A stretch of DNA of 64,000 nt from a candidate division WOR-3 bacterium (GTDB lineage Bacteria; Hydrothermota; Tepidihabitantia; Tepidihabitantales; Tepidihabitantaceae), in assembly GCA_965648905.1 (NCBI GenBank), contig CBFGIT010000011.1, positions 1-64,000 of the forward strand, written 5' to 3'. The notes under the pieces were generated by a model that saw nothing but the letters and a program-made list of their open reading frames with translations, was not told the DNA's origin and searched no databases. Shown piece by piece: positions 1 to 9,494 of this stretch; positions within the stretch are counted from its first letter, which is position 1, and every line of letters begins with the position of its first letter. A program made the translations under genes and the position numbers.

Positions 1-169
1 ACTGCGCGTTGGTCACCGGGTGAATCCCGAGATAGAACCCGGGCAGCTCGACCGGAAACTTCTCTTCCCCGGCCAGGAACTTCCCTGCCGGCACAAGCAC
101 CAGCAGGCTGTGGTCTTTCGGGTTCTCGATGAGCCACTCGGGCTTCGTGTGAGCACCAACGTCGGTCAC
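1..169 (-). CDS. FGE-sulfatase (SUMF1/formylglycine-generating enzyme, C-type lectin fold) domain protein, 5' part only; runs off the window edge
   Basis: Not in the ORF track. Manual translation from GTG at 169 gives [56 protein letters not shown], matching the FGE-sulfatase N-terminal pattern (lvPaGxFxxG...VxLxxFyi...PVTNaQ). Confidence 0.8.
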   Translation of the reverse strand, partial: MTDVGAHTKPEWLIENPKDHSLLVLVPAGKFLAGEEKFPVELPGFYLGIHPVTNAQ

Positions 170-184
170 GGGCGATACCTGGTG

Positions 185-379
185 CTAGGCCTGCACCACT
201 TTGCTCGGCTTCTCGCTGCTGTCGGCCACGCCGAGCTCACGCTCAATCAGACCCTCGACCCACTTCTGAATCGAGGTGTCTTCTTGGGCCACGCGAATCC
301 GCAGGGCGCGGTGCGTGTCGATGCTCAGCCGCACGACTATCATCCGGCTCGTATCTGTGTCTCCGGGCTGTGAGGGCAT
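185..379 (-). CDS. Ribbon-helix-helix (CopG/Arc/ParG-like) DNA-binding protein
   Basis: 64 aa; beta strand MIVVRL followed by two helices (DTHRALRIRVAQ, SIQKWVEGLIEREL); RBS AAGGAGA upstream. Confidence 0.7.
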   Translation of the reverse strand: MPSQPGDTDTSRMIVVRLSIDTHRALRIRVAQEDTSIQKWVEGLIERELGVADSSEKPSKVVQA

Positions 380-547
380 TACATTTCTCCTTTTTGCTAC
401 TAGTCAGCCTGAATCAATACCCAAGTCCCAAATCGCCTGCCACCAGCACCATTATATATCACAACTATATTCTTGTCAACGTATATTTTTCATCATGTAT
501 ATTATACAATCATTGATAGAAAGCAACCTTCAAGATCGAGCATCGAC

Positions 548-574
548 ATAATGCTCGCACTGGCAATGACTTAT
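548..574. promoter_or_regulatory. 27-bp TAA-N19-TTA site with IHF-like CAA-N4-TTA half, flanking 12-bp tract A
   Basis: ATAATGCTCGCACTGGCAATGACTTAT; same spacing recurs at 22835, 40172, 56289, 59321 and 62482. Confidence 0.55.
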
Positions 575-596
575 TAGCTACCTGGGTCAGGGAGAG

Positions 597-890
597 GCCG
601 TACCCCAGGTAGTATCTTGCTGTGCGGTTGAAAGCATGGTTGCGCGTGCTCTTTCTCTGGTCATGGCTCACCTGATGCCGGACGTGCTTTCTCAGGCATT
701 GTCCGAGGCTTTGTCTTGGGCAGTACCGCGCATCATGCCGCGTGCGATGTCGCGAGCAGAAAGTCGGGCGGCAGCTTGAGCAGATTGCCGGGCAGTTGTC
801 TCGGCCGGCAACTGCGCGCTCGAGTCAGTGTCTGCCTCGATGTCTGCCGCAATGTCCGGCATGGTCTTTGACGCGGTTGCTCAAACTTTC
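597..890. repeat. Degenerate 12-bp-period tandem tract A
   Basis: 12-mers from 684: gtgctttctcag gcattgtccgag gctttgtcttgg gcagtaccgcgc atcatgccgcgt gcgatgtcgcga gcagaaagtcgg gcggcagcttga gcagattgccgg gcagttgtctcg. Confidence 0.7.
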
Positions 891-1033
891 GTTCCTAAGA
901 AAAGCGGGTGTTTGACTTCGCGCGGGTGTCGTCTATGCTGTAGTCATCTCTCTCTTGATAGCTGTGACGCACAACGCCACGGAACACGCTTCTGGACTTG
1001 TACCGGTCTCAGCATACCATTTGGATAAGCGCA

Positions 1034-1570
1034 GTGTCTGATACACCAACACCGCATCTGAGCTGGACCGTTCACCGGGCCCGTGAAGCGCCGCGCCGAA
1101 CAGCCGTCGTGCTTGCGGTCATTCTCGGTTTTCTCGTTCTGACTGCGTGGTCTTTCGGGCCGTTGCTCACGCTGCTGGCCGTGGTTGTGCTCTTTGCCGC
1201 GCTGAACACTTACTTCCTGCCGGTGACCTATTCATTCACCGACTCAGGGGTCGAGATAGACAAGCGGCTTTTCCGGACACGCTATGAGTGGAAGCAGTTC
1301 CGGCGTTGGTTCCGCACCACGGGTGGCGTGGTTCTCAGCCCGTTCGCGCAGCCGAGTGGTCTTGACAGTTTTCGCGGCGTGCATCTGCTTCTGCCCCAGG
1401 ACCCCCAACCGGTCTTTGCGTACCTGGAGCGGCGTTTCGCGCCCCAGTCTGACAACCGGTTGACGCTCGAGAGCCCGAGCCCGAACGCCCGGCCGTCCGC
1501 CGGTGACGACCGGTCTACCTTGACTTCTGCACAAGGCGTCGATAACATGGACGCTAAGGAGTCTTCCTAA
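1034..1570 (+). CDS. Membrane protein with two TM helices and a PH-like (YcxB-type) C-terminal domain
   Basis: Two hydrophobic segments then Y.FTD.GV......YEW..F pattern; GTG start chosen downstream of TTGACT-16-TATGCT promoter at 912-939. Confidence 0.6.
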   Translation: MSDTPTPHLSWTVHRAREAPRRTAVVLAVILGFLVLTAWSFGPLLTLLAVVVLFAALNTYFLPVTYSFTDSGVEIDKRLFRTRYEWKQFRRWFRTTGGVVLSPFAQPSGLDSFRGVHLLLPQDPQPVFAYLERRFAPQSDNRLTLESPSPNARPSAGDDRSTLTSAQGVDNMDAKESS

Positions 1571-1572
1571 GA

Positions 1573-1812
1573 ATGAAGCCAGACCGTAAGCCAGCAAGAC
1601 CGCAGCCGCAGCCGGCCAAGCCGAAGCTGCCCAAGAAGCCGACCCGGCCGATGATTGCCCTGGGTCCGAAGAACTACATCATCATGGGAGTGGGCCTTGC
1701 CACGGTCATCGCCGGGTTCATCACGCTCTCGACCGGCTCGATCACCCTTGCGCCAATACTGCTCGTGCTCGGCTACTGCGTGCTGATTCCGGTGTCGCTG
1801 CTGGTCAAATGA
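1573..1812 (+). CDS. DUF3098-like small membrane protein
   Basis: KNYIIMGVGLATVIAGF...ITLAPILLVLGY motif; overlaps pyrR start (ATGA). Confidence 0.7.
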   Translation: MKPDRKPARPQPQPAKPKLPKKPTRPMIALGPKNYIIMGVGLATVIAGFITLSTGSITLAPILLVLGYCVLIPVSLLVK

Positions 1813-2339
1813 CCCGGCGCGTCGCGGACGAGCCGGCCGTTGCCCGACTGGTTGACCGGCTTGCCACTATGGTCGGCCCTGCGCACGTCGGCGTGCGCGG
1901 ACTGGCGCTCGTCGGTATCAAGCGCCGCGGTGTCCCCCTGGCTCATCGGATTGCCGCCCGTCTTGGCCGCGGCCGGCGCAGTACGATTCCGGTCGGCGCC
2001 ATCGACATCACCCTGTACCGCGACGACCTGAAGCTTGTGGCCGAGACGCCGATTGTCCGGGGTTCGGAAATCGGCTTTGACTTGAACGGCCGCACGGTCG
2101 TCCTCGTGGATGATGTCATCTTCACCGGCCGGACAATTCGGGCCGCGCTGACCGAGCTGCTCGACTTTGGTCGGCCGCGCGCGGTCCGGCTCGCGGTCCT
2201 CGTTGACCGGGGGCTGCGCGAGCTGCCCATTCAGCCCGATTTCGTCGGCCTGGTCCTCAAAACCCGGCCCGGCGACCTGGTCGACATCTTCCTCACCGAG
2301 ACCGACGGCCGCGAAGGAATCTACATCACGCGGCAGTGA
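1809..2339 (+). CDS. pyrR: Bifunctional pyrimidine regulatory protein/uracil phosphoribosyltransferase
   Basis: GIKRRGVPLA, IDITLYRDDL, VLVDDVIFTGRTIRAAL, DRGLRELPIQPDFVG. Confidence 0.95.
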   Translation: MTRRVADEPAVARLVDRLATMVGPAHVGVRGLALVGIKRRGVPLAHRIAARLGRGRRSTIPVGAIDITLYRDDLKLVAETPIVRGSEIGFDLNGRTVVLVDDVIFTGRTIRAALTELLDFGRPRAVRLAVLVDRGLRELPIQPDFVGLVLKTRPGDLVDIFLTETDGREGIYITRQ

Positions 2340-3292
2340 GGACACGTCTCAAGCACCTGCTCGGAATCGAGGACCTGACCCGGGCCGACATTCTGGCAAT
2401 CCTTGACCAGGCCGCAAGTTTCCGCGAAGTATTGAGTCGGCCGATTCCGGTCGTGCCGGCCCTGCGCGGCCGAACCGTGGTCAATCTCTTTTTCGAACCA
2501 TCGACCCGCACCCTGACGTCATTCCAACTGGCCGCCAGCCGGCTGAGCGCACAGTGCGTCAACTTCTCCCGCGTGGCCTCGTCGGTTGCCAAGGGCGAGA
2601 CCTTGCTTGACACCTGCCGGAACATCGAAGCGATGGGCGTTGACGGGATTGTCATCCGCCATGCTCTGCCCGGTGCCCCGCACTTCCTCGCCCGGCACAC
2701 CAGGGCTTTTGTCGTCAATGCCGGTGATGGTGCGCACGAGCATCCGACCCAGGCTCTGCTCGATGCTTTCACCTTGCGCACGCGACTCGGCGACCTTGCG
2801 GGAAAGCGGGTTCTTATCGTCGGCGATATCGCCCACTCCCGGGTCGCCCGTTCGAACATCCTTGCTTTCACGAAGCTCGGGGCCCGGGTGGCGGTCTGCG
2901 GCCCGCCGACGCTCATCCCCCGGTTCTGCGAGGAGCTGGGTTGCGAGGTTTTCTACCGGCTCGACCGGGTGCTCTATGAGGTTGATGTCGTCAACATGCT
3001 CCGGGTCCAGCTTGAGCGCATCAGCGCCTCCAGTTTTCCGACGGCACGCGAGTACCGCGAGCACTACGGCCTGACCGCGGCCCGGCTCGCACGGCTCAGG
3101 CCCGAGGTCATCATCACTCATCCGGGCCCGGTGAACTGGGGTGTGGAGATGGACTTCGAAGTATCGCACCATCCCTCGGCAGTTGTGCTTGAGCAGGTGA
3201 CGAACGGCGTTGCGGTCAGGATGGCGGTGCTGTTTCTTCTGGCCGGGGCTGAGCGGAATCCAGAAGACCGGGAGCGAAAAGATGACCATTGA
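2336..3292 (+). CDS. pyrB: Aspartate carbamoyltransferase catalytic subunit
   Basis: FFEPSTRT, NAGDGAHEHPTQALLD, GDIAHSRVARS, HPGPVNWGVE. Confidence 0.97.
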   Translation: MRTRLKHLLGIEDLTRADILAILDQAASFREVLSRPIPVVPALRGRTVVNLFFEPSTRTLTSFQLAASRLSAQCVNFSRVASSVAKGETLLDTCRNIEAMGVDGIVIRHALPGAPHFLARHTRAFVVNAGDGAHEHPTQALLDAFTLRTRLGDLAGKRVLIVGDIAHSRVARSNILAFTKLGARVAVCGPPTLIPRFCEELGCEVFYRLDRVLYEVDVVNMLRVQLERISASSFPTAREYREHYGLTAARLARLRPEVIITHPGPVNWGVEMDFEVSHHPSAVVLEQVTNGVAVRMAVLFLLAGAERNPEDRERKDDH

Positions 3293-4574
3293 GCGGTGCG
3301 AATCTGACCGACTGCTGCTTGCCGGCGGCACCGTAGTTGACCCGTGGCAGCAGGCGAGCCGGCGTTGTGATGTCCTGCTCGAGGGTGGCCTGGTCGTCAA
3401 ACTCGGAACCGGTCTGCGGGCTCGCGGCGCAGACGTGTTCGACTGCACGGGCCGCTATCTTGCGCCCGGATTCGTGGATATGCACTGCCATCTGCGCGAA
3501 CCGGGTCGGGAGGACGAAGAGACGATTGAAACTGGAACGGGCGCGGCGCTGGCCGGCGGTTTCACGCGCGTCTGTCCGATGCCCAATACTGAGCCGGCAA
3601 CCGACAACGCGGCCCAGGTCGAGTTCTTGCTCCGACGCGCGGCTCTGGCCGGGTATGCCCGGGTTCATCCGATTGGAGCCTGCACCAGAGCACGTGCTGG
3701 CAAGGAGCTGGCCGACATCGGTGAGATGGTCAGGGCTGGTGCGGTTGCCTTTTCGGACGACGGCTCAAGCATCGCCAATCCGATGGTGATGCGGCGGGCA
3801 CTCGAATACTGCAAGGCATTTGACAAGCCGGTAATCTCGCATTGCGAGGTGAATGAGCTGGTCGAGGGCCTTGCCAACGAAGGCAGGATGAGTACGAAAC
3901 TCGGGCTGGCTTCGTCACCAGACACGGCCGAGGCGGCGCAGGCAGCACGGGACATTCTGCTTGCCGAGCTGACCGGCAGCCGGTTGCACATTGCCCATGT
4001 TTCGGCTGCGGTCACGGTTGATATCATCCGCTGGGCCAAGGCCCGTGGGGTCATGGTCACGGCCGAGACCTGCCCCCACTACTTTGCCCTGACCGACGAA
4101 GCCCTGGCGACCTTTGACACCAACTTTCGGGTCAATCCACCGCTGCGCACCGAGCACGACCGCCAGGCCGTGATTTCCGGTCTTGCTGATGGCACGATTG
4201 ACGCAATCGCCACCGACCACGCCCCGCACACCCAGGTCGAAAAAGAGACCGAATGGGACAGCGCTCCTCCTGGAATCATCGGACTTGAGACCGCGTTCAG
4301 CCTTGGGTACGAACTACTGGTACTGAGCGGCGCGATGAATCTTGCCGGGCTCCTGCATCGGCTTACGGTTGCACCGGCACAAATCCTGGGGATTCCAGTG
4401 GGCCCGATTGAACCGGGCAGACCAGCCGAGCTGGTTGTTCTCGACCTTGATGCCAGGTGGGTGTGTGCGGCTGACCAGGTCCGCTCGCGTTCGTGCAACA
4501 CGCCGTTCCTCGGCCGGACCATGACCGGCCGGGTGACAGCCGCCATTATCGGTCAGACCCGGTTCAGCTTCTAG
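3282..4574 (+). CDS. pyrC: Dihydroorotase
   Basis: PGFVDMHCHLREPG, MPNTEP, VNPPLR, ATDHAPH; ATG at 3282 overlaps the pyrB end. Confidence 0.95.
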   Translation: MTIERCESDRLLLAGGTVVDPWQQASRRCDVLLEGGLVVKLGTGLRARGADVFDCTGRYLAPGFVDMHCHLREPGREDEETIETGTGAALAGGFTRVCPMPNTEPATDNAAQVEFLLRRAALAGYARVHPIGACTRARAGKELADIGEMVRAGAVAFSDDGSSIANPMVMRRALEYCKAFDKPVISHCEVNELVEGLANEGRMSTKLGLASSPDTAEAAQAARDILLAELTGSRLHIAHVSAAVTVDIIRWAKARGVMVTAETCPHYFALTDEALATFDTNFRVNPPLRTEHDRQAVISGLADGTIDAIATDHAPHTQVEKETEWDSAPPGIIGLETAFSLGYELLVLSGAMNLAGLLHRLTVAPAQILGIPVGPIEPGRPAELVVLDLDARWVCAADQVRSRSCNTPFLGRTMTGRVTAAIIGQTRFSF

Positions 4575-4700
4575 TCGCGCCCGCGGATTTACTTGACAGG
4601 ACAGGTGTTGTGCGTTAGCTTGAGTGGGGGGATGACAGAAGGATGGGCGGAAAGGGAGACGAAACCGCAGTCTGAGGGCAATGTGTGAAGTGAGAGGAAT

Positions 4701-7700
4701 ATGGATAGCAGGCCGTGTCGGGTTCTGTTTGTTGACGACGACAAGGTAGACCAGCTCGCGTTCAAGCGCCTGGTCGCGGAACAGAAGCTGGCCTACGAGA
4801 CAACCATCGCCGGGTCGGTCGCCGAGGCAAGACAGGCGCTGGGCAGCCGGGATTTTGACATCGTCATCGCCGACTATCGGTTGGGGGATGGAACCGCCTT
4901 TGACCTGATTGAATACATCCGGTCTACTCCGGTCGTCTTTGTCACCGGCTCGGGCAGCGAGGAGGTCGCAGTCCGGGCAATGCACGCGGGCGCGGCCGAC
5001 TACCTGATAAAGGACCCGGAACGGAACTACCTGAAAGTGCTGCCGGCAACGGTTGAGCACGCACTCGCGCGCGTGCGTGCCGAAGAGCAGGTGAGAAAAC
5101 TGACCAAGGCACTGGAAGAGAGCCCGGCCGCGGTCGTTGTCACTGACCGCGAGGGACACATCGAATACGTCAATCCCCGCTTCACTCTGCTGACCGGTTA
5201 CGACAGCGCTGAGGCACTCGGCAAGACCCCGAGGATTCTTAAGTCCGGGGCGCACCCGCCCGATTTCTACCAGCGGATGTGGGCCATGATTCTCTCGGGT
5301 CGGGTCTGGCGCGGAGAGGTGTACGACCGGAGGCGCGATGGAACCCTGTTCTGGGCTGCGCTTTCCATCTCGCCCCTGCGCAGTCCGACCGGTGACGTTT
5401 CCCATTTTGTTGCAGTTGCTGAGGACGTCAGTGACCGACGGCGGGCCGAGGAGATGCTGCGCGAAAGCGAGGAGAACTTCCGGGCCCTGGCCGAAAACGC
5501 CAACGACGGCATACTCATCACTGTGGACGAAACCAGCCACGTCTATGCCAACCGCCGGGTCGCGGAGATGGTCGGCCAGACACGCGAGCAACTGCTGACC
5601 AGGAGCCTCTGGGAGCTCGCGCCTGGTCCGGAGCAGCAGCGGCTGAGGGACATCCACACCCGACGCATCCGGGGTGAGCCGATGCCCGAGCTGTACGAGA
5701 CCAGTCTCCTCCGGTCCGACGGTACGCCGGTCCCGGTTGAGGTAACGGTGGCAGCGACGACCTGGCGTGGTCGTCCGGCCGTCATGCGCGTCATCCGCGA
5801 CATATCGGAGAGAGTCAAGGCCCAGCAGGCGCTCCGGGACAGTGAAGAACAGCACCGCACCCTGGTCGAGCGCTCCAACACCGGCATCGCAATCATCCAG
5901 GACGGACTGGTCCGCTACGCCAACCCCAGACTGCTCGAGCTCTCGGGCTGGTCGAGCGAAGAAATCGTGGGCCGTCCGTTTGTTGAGTTTGTCCGGCCGG
6001 ACGAGCGGCCCAAAGTCATCGCCATGTACCAGCGCCGCATGCGCGGGGAAAACGTTCCGGCTTCGTACGAAACCGTGTTTCGGCGTCAGGACGGTTCGAG
6101 CGCCTATGTCGAAATCAATGCCGGTGTCATCAGCTTCGAGGGCCGGCCCGCCGACTTCGTCGTGGTTCACGACATAACCCGACGTCGTGAAGCCGAAGCA
6201 GCGCTCGGTGAGAAAGAAGCCCGTCTGCGGAGACTGGTCGACCAGGTTCCGGCGATACTCTGGACGACCGACCGCGACCTGAGATTCACCTCCTCGGTCG
6301 GAGCCGGGCTGGCCCGACTCAACCTGGTGCCCGGTCAGGTCGTGGGGATGAGTCTGGCCGATTTCTTCCAGACCAAAGACCCTGATGCCCTGCCGATCGC
6401 CTCGCACCGACGGGCCCTTGCCGGGCAGTCGGTGACCTATGTCTTTGAGTGGAAAGGAAACGCCTACGACACCGACGTCGAGCCGCTCTACGACGAACAC
6501 GGCAATATCATCGGCACGGTCGGCATCGCTCTCGATATCACCCAGTTGGTCCGGGCCGAAACTGCGCTGCAGGAAAGCGAGGAGAACTTCCGTCAGCTTG
6601 CGGCCAATGCCAGCGACGGCATCATCATCGCACAGCCAAACGGCGCGGTGCTGTATGCCAATCCCCGAGCCGCCGCACTTTCCGGCTATCCGGCCGAGCA
6701 GCTTCTCACGACGCCGCTGCACCGGCTGATTGCTGACCCGGCCGGCCGCGCCAGTCTGGCTCGGGCGGCAGATGACGTCATGCACGGCCATCCGTCGCCG
6801 ACAGTCGAAATCGCCCTCACCCGACGGGATAGCCCGGAGGTGCAGCTTGAAGTCACGACCGCGCTCACAACCTGGCAGGGCCGGCCCGCGGTCATGCACA
6901 TCATGCGCGACATCACCGAGCGCAAACAGGCCGAACAGGCCCTGCGTCAGGAACGCGACCGGGCCCAGTCCTACCTTGACGTGGCCGGCGGCATCATCGT
7001 TGCCCTGGACCGTCAGGGCGTTGTCACCCTGATTAACCACGCCGGCGCAGCGATTCTCGGTCACACGCCGGAGGAAATCGTCGGCCGCAGTTGGTACGAC
7101 ACGTTCGTCCCCGAGTCGACAAGGGCGGCCCGGCGCGCCGCGTTCGAGCGCCTGATGCTTGAAGCCGCCGGCCCTTCCGAAGCCCAGTTTCACTCGGAGA
7201 ACGCCGTGCTGACGCGCGACGGCCGAGAGCGGGTGATTGCCTGGCATGATACGGTTGTGCATGATGAACAGGGGCGGCGCGCGGGTATGCTCAGCTCGGG
7301 ATACGACATCACCGACCGGAAAGAAGCCGAGGCCGAACGCGAGCGGCTGATTGCCGAGCTGGATGCCTATGCCGGAACCGTTGCCCATGACCTGAACAAT
7401 CCGCTCTCCTCGGTCCTCGGCTTCACCGAACTCCTGAAGCAGAACAAGCAGCTCTGGGCCGACGAGGACGCACGTGAGAACCTGCTGCACGTCGAGGCAG
7501 GCGCCAACCGGATGAAGAACATCATCGCCGAGCTCCTGCTGCTTGCGACCGTACGCAAGACGAACGTCGTGGCGCAGCCGGTGAACATGAAGCAGGTCGT
7601 GACCGCGGCGCTCGAACGCCTCGCGTTCATGGTCCGGGAGTTCAAGCCGGAAATCATCCTCCCGGACGTCTGGCCCAAGGCGATGGGCCATGGCCCATGG

Positions 7701-8093
7701 CTCGAAGAGGTCTGGACCAACTACTTCAGCAACGCCATGAAGTACGGCGGCCGGCCACCCCGAATTGAAGTCGGTGGGCGTGTCCTTGAAGCGCCTTTTG
7801 TGCTCTACTGGGTCGCGGACAACGGCCCCGGACTCGCACCCGAAGAGCAGCAGAAGCTCTTCACACCCTTCACCCGCATCCATGAGAACACGGCTGCAGG
7901 CCACGGTCTGGGCTTATCGATTGTCCGGCGCATCATGGACAAGCTTGGGGGCGAAACTTGGCTTCAGAGCACCCCCGGCCAGGGGAGCAGGTTCGGGTTC
8001 ATCCTGCCGGCAGCAAAAGAGACACCCCGCGGTTCACGAACCGGTGCCCGGCCCGGCCATCGGAAACGAAGTCCAAGGGGACGCGACAAGTAG
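4701..8093 (+). CDS. Cytoplasmic hybrid sensor histidine kinase: receiver + six PAS domains + HisKA + HATPase
   Basis: N-terminal REC (VLFVDDD, D.RLGDG, ADYLIK), six PAS repeats, H-box VAHDLNNPL, N-box NYFSNAMKY, DNGPG, GHGLGLSIV; promoter TTGACA-17-TAGCTT at 4593-4621. Confidence 0.93.
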   Translation: MDSRPCRVLFVDDDKVDQLAFKRLVAEQKLAYETTIAGSVAEARQALGSRDFDIVIADYRLGDGTAFDLIEYIRSTPVVFVTGSGSEEVAVRAMHAGAADYLIKDPERNYLKVLPATVEHALARVRAEEQVRKLTKALEESPAAVVVTDREGHIEYVNPRFTLLTGYDSAEALGKTPRILKSGAHPPDFYQRMWAMILSGRVWRGEVYDRRRDGTLFWAALSISPLRSPTGDVSHFVAVAEDVSDRRRAEEMLRESEENFRALAENANDGILITVDETSHVYANRRVAEMVGQTREQLLTRSLWELAPGPEQQRLRDIHTRRIRGEPMPELYETSLLRSDGTPVPVEVTVAATTWRGRPAVMRVIRDISERVKAQQALRDSEEQHRTLVERSNTGIAIIQDGLVRYANPRLLELSGWSSEEIVGRPFVEFVRPDERPKVIAMYQRRMRGENVPASYETVFRRQDGSSAYVEINAGVISFEGRPADFVVVHDITRRREAEAALGEKEARLRRLVDQVPAILWTTDRDLRFTSSVGAGLARLNLVPGQVVGMSLADFFQTKDPDALPIASHRRALAGQSVTYVFEWKGNAYDTDVEPLYDEHGNIIGTVGIALDITQLVRAETALQESEENFRQLAANASDGIIIAQPNGAVLYANPRAAALSGYPAEQLLTTPLHRLIADPAGRASLARAADDVMHGHPSPTVEIALTRRDSPEVQLEVTTALTTWQGRPAVMHIMRDITERKQAEQALRQERDRAQSYLDVAGGIIVALDRQGVVTLINHAGAAILGHTPEEIVGRSWYDTFVPESTRAARRAAFERLMLEAAGPSEAQFHSENAVLTRDGRERVIAWHDTVVHDEQGRRAGMLSSGYDITDRKEAEAERERLIAELDAYAGTVAHDLNNPLSSVLGFTELLKQNKQLWADEDARENLLHVEAGANRMKNIIAELLLLATVRKTNVVAQPVNMKQVVTAALERLAFMVREFKPEIILPDVWPKAMGHGPWLEEVWTNYFSNAMKYGGRPPRIEVGGRVLEAPFVLYWVADNGPGLAPEEQQKLFTPFTRIHENTAAGHGLGLSIVRRIMDKLGGETWLQSTPGQGSRFGFILPAAKETPRGSRTGARPGHRKRSPRGRDK

Positions 8094-8098
8094 CGCAC

Positions 8099-8911
8099 TT
8101 GGCAATTGTCGTTGACCTTCTTGTTCTTATTGTTCTGGTGTTGGCAGTCTATGCCGAGGTCGGCCGCGGCCTGTTTCTGGCGCTGACTGATATCTTCCGG
8201 GTTGCTGCGGCGCTGGTCTTGGGCCTTGCTGCCCATGCGCTTGTTCACCTGATAGCTCACAACTATGTGGCCAGTCTTGTTGCCTTTGGCCTGGTCGCGC
8301 TGCTTGTCATCATGCTCGTCCCTGCGGCCATCCGCTCGGCTGCGCTTGACCCGGCCTGGGGCAGGTCGGTCCTGGGCCGGATTGGCGCCGGGCTGGTCGG
8401 CACCGGACTTGGTCTAGCGATCTGCGCGGTCTTCGTGCCGGTACTGAGCCGGACGCCGGAAATCGGACTGGTTGTCGCGCGGTCTCAACTGGGAAGCCGC
8501 TTCCTGGCGGCTGCGCCATGGTTTCACTATGCGGCTGACCAGCTCAATCTCGACCTGCCGATGCTCAACGTCAGTCCGGTGCGGTTCGAGGACGAAGGTG
8601 CACCGGTCCGACCCCGGCTGGTCGAACGTATCAACTATTCCCGCCTTGATGGCAGCACCTGCATCGCCTGCCGCGGCCGGGTGCGCTTTGTCGGCTACAG
8701 GCAGCGATTCGGTTTTGCCGTCTCGCCGTTGTTCGTCTGCGAAGAGTGCGAACGAACCTCAGACGGGTGCCAGACATACGAGGGCTTCCATCTCATGTAC
8801 GGCCGGTGCCCGGTGCGGGTTGCGGGCAAGTCCGGGGGAATTGACTGCGGGGTCTGGCCCAACGGTATTGAGGTCGTACCGCGCGGGCCGTGTCCGGTCT
8901 GTGGTGAGTAG
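8099..8911 (+). CDS. CvpA-like membrane protein with Cys-rich C-terminal domain
   Basis: VDLLVLIVLVLAVYAEVGRGLF start and GRIGAGLVGTGLG resemble CvpA; C-terminus CIAC..CEEC....DGC..H...C..C..CPVC; TTG start uncertain. Confidence 0.6.
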   Translation: MAIVVDLLVLIVLVLAVYAEVGRGLFLALTDIFRVAAALVLGLAAHALVHLIAHNYVASLVAFGLVALLVIMLVPAAIRSAALDPAWGRSVLGRIGAGLVGTGLGLAICAVFVPVLSRTPEIGLVVARSQLGSRFLAAAPWFHYAADQLNLDLPMLNVSPVRFEDEGAPVRPRLVERINYSRLDGSTCIACRGRVRFVGYRQRFGFAVSPLFVCEECERTSDGCQTYEGFHLMYGRCPVRVAGKSGGIDCGVWPNGIEVVPRGPCPVCGE

Positions 8912-8992
8912 TCTCGTGAGTCGTCGTCCTCAGTCCCGGTTCGGGGAATCGCAAGTCCTTGACTGGCGCGCTCACTAGACCTAGACTGTCCT

Positions 8993-9370
8993 ATGGAGAA
9001 GAAGCATATTCTTGTCGTCGACGACCAGCCTTCAATGAGGCTGATGCTGCGTCGCTTCTTCGAACCGGACGGCCACCGCATCTCCGAGGCCAAGGACGCC
9101 GAAAGCGCCCTGGCGCTGATTGCGTCTGAGTCGCCCGATGTCGTCCTGCTCGACCTGAAAATGCCCGGCTGCAGCGGACACGAAGTACTCAAACGGCTGA
9201 GAGCCGAATCCGGATTCCGCACGCCGGTCATCGTGCTCACCGGCCAGACCGACTGGGCGAGTGTCGATGCGTGCATCGAAGAAGGCGCCAGCGCCTATGT
9301 CACCAAACCGGTGACCAAAGACCAGCTCGTAGCCAAGATCGAGGAGGTTCTCGCCAACCCGAAGAAGTAG
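8993..9370 (+). CDS. Single-domain response regulator (CheY-like)
   Basis: ILVVDD, DVVLLDLKMP, VIVLTG, YVTKP. Confidence 0.93.
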   Translation: MEKKHILVVDDQPSMRLMLRRFFEPDGHRISEAKDAESALALIASESPDVVLLDLKMPGCSGHEVLKRLRAESGFRTPVIVLTGQTDWASVDACIEEGASAYVTKPVTKDQLVAKIEEVLANPKK

Positions 9371-9494
9371 TCTGCCGTTCGCCCCTCGCCCTGCGCGGTT
9401 CGCCCCGGCCAGTCTACATTCTGACCTTTGACCGGCATCGGCCCTTCGCCGTCTCCTTGACTTTACTATCGGCTTTCAATATCCTAGCTTGAGC

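Noticed and set aside
485..512. dif-like sequence ATTTTTCATCA-TGTATA-TTATACAATCA
   Set aside because: The central hexamer and TTAT match, but the normally conserved XerD arm (TTATGTTAAAT) does not; more likely AT-rich promoter or operator DNA.
1500..1809. PyrR-binding attenuator upstream of pyrR
   Set aside because: No AGUCCAGAGAGG-like loop or terminator seen; the region is coding.
4314..7904. 1196-aa minus-strand ORF and other long antisense ORFs (27881..29644, 33209..34585, 36029..37432, 50221..51372)
   Set aside because: Shadow frames opposite well-supported genes in GC-rich DNA; no recognisable motifs.
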